From Octopus sinensis (taxonomy: Eukaryota), in assembly GCF_006345805.1 (NCBI RefSeq), contig NC_043000.1, positions 128,464,001 through 128,528,000 of the forward strand: a DNA stretch of 64,000 nt. The letters run 5' to 3'. Under the pieces are notes generated by a model. It searched no databases. It saw only the letters and a program-made list of their open reading frames with translations, and was not told the origin of the DNA. The position numbers and the translations under genes were made by a program. This document shows, in pieces, positions 62,700 to 64,000 of this stretch (the first letter of the stretch is position 1; the number at the start of each line of letters is the position of its first letter).

Positions 62700-63284
62700 G
62701 GGGTAAAAACCGAAGTCTCGAAATCTCGGCATCATGCTAACAATTTTCAGCGGAATGCCAAGTGTGAACAAAATTAACGCACAAAATCACATGTCTTGCG
62801 TATCGAATTTTCTCTCATTTCTGCGATGTCGCTTTTCATTTCACGGATAATTTTAACTTGAAATGTGTGTTTATTACATATAGCATATAAGGCATGCATA
62901 TTTTCTTCATATGGGTTTATTTGAGATTCACCCTTTCTGTTTAAATTTATTTCAAGACATTGGTTGTAGCCTCAGCTGATTTCTAATTAGTCGTTGAGCA
63001 CTAAATTGTTCCTTGTGACATTTGTGTGTGTGTGCGTGCGCAAGAGCGTATGTGGAAGTGATGTTTCAATATAGCAAAAGTCTAATGACCGAAACCAGTA
63101 AAGAACAAACGGTTGTGTGCGCGAGTATCTAACGTACACAAATAGATAGATAGATAGATCGTGTGATGAGATAGAATTTTGTAAGGGATCTAATGAGTAT
63201 GAAGACTCAGTCAACGGCACGCTGAGTCTGTGCGCGCGCGTGCATATGCGTGTGTATACATTCGTAAGAGCATGGTATGCAGGC

Positions 63285-63560
63285 ATGGCCAAGTGGTTAA
63301 GAAGTTCGCATCAAAATCACGAGGTTCCTGTTTCCATCAATTTGCGCGACAATTATTGTTAACTAGCATTTTATTATAAGCCTCGAGTGAAACGGGGCAG
63401 ACGGTAACTGTGCAGAAGCCTGCTTTATGAACCGTACTTGTAATTCAAAGGTTCAAGCATATCACATTCGCTAATTCTGCGCGAGTATTACATTAAGGTT
63501 TACATGTGTTTTGCGAAATATTCTATTAACGCTAAATCAACGAGTAGGCATTCAGCTGAT
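63285..63560 (+). mobile_element. tRNA-derived SINE fragments
   Basis: GGCATGGCCAAGTGGTTAAGAAGTTCGC head, followed by a fragment related to the 20796-21120 family. Confidence 0.6.
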
Positions 63561-64000
63561 TGAACAATTGTAATACTCATCGTCGAAACCGACGAAAATC
63601 TATTTACTTTTTTATTATTCGCATGGGTAGTGTAACGTCTACGCATGTCAATATATCTCACGTGCAAACATGCGTGAATATGTGTGTGTGTGTGTGGTTG
63701 TGTATAAGAAGACTGTCTAAATGCAAGGTGTGTGTATGCACATCATGCTACACTACGTCATTTACATACCGCGCAGTTTTCGACTGGCAACAGTTACTGA
63801 AAACATAACACGCGCATACATTAAATACATACATATACACATACGCACGCGCACATACACACACACACACATACACACACAAACCTTTACAATTTATCCA
63901 GGCAATACACCCCATTATGGACGACTATTTCATAAATACATGAATATCGTCTGTCACATAGGGTTTCAAACTAAATCACGTTACAATACAATACCTACTC

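Overview
AT-rich, microsatellite-dense animal genomic DNA. The repeat families (tRNA-headed SINEs with a Nin-like GCCTTTCATCCTTTCGGGGTCGATAAA core, RTE tails ending in (GAT)n) suggest an octopus/coleoid cephalopod; this is inference from recalled families, not a database result. I cannot call any intact host protein-coding gene: most listed ORFs are microsatellite read-throughs, and only weak candidate exons remain. Recognisable coding material is decayed mobile DNA: a Helitron Rep/Pif1-helicase remnant (34222-36765, -), a tandem of ORF1-only L1/Tx1-like elements with CCHC knuckles (38484-41490, +), and RTE, RTEX-like and Tc1 fragments. SINEs and MITEs are numerous. The most notable unexplained signals are (i) three architecturally different hammerhead-ribozyme motifs: an intact core at 30.36 kb, a long-stem-II form one CpG transition from canonical at 34.03-34.10 kb next to a 79-nt palindrome, and a variant Penelope-type minimal form at 27.3 kb; (ii) the apparent half-LINE array; and (iii) sharp CpG-poor/CpG-rich domains with boundaries near 18.9, 33.8 and 41.4 kb. 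Repeat boundaries are by-eye estimates.
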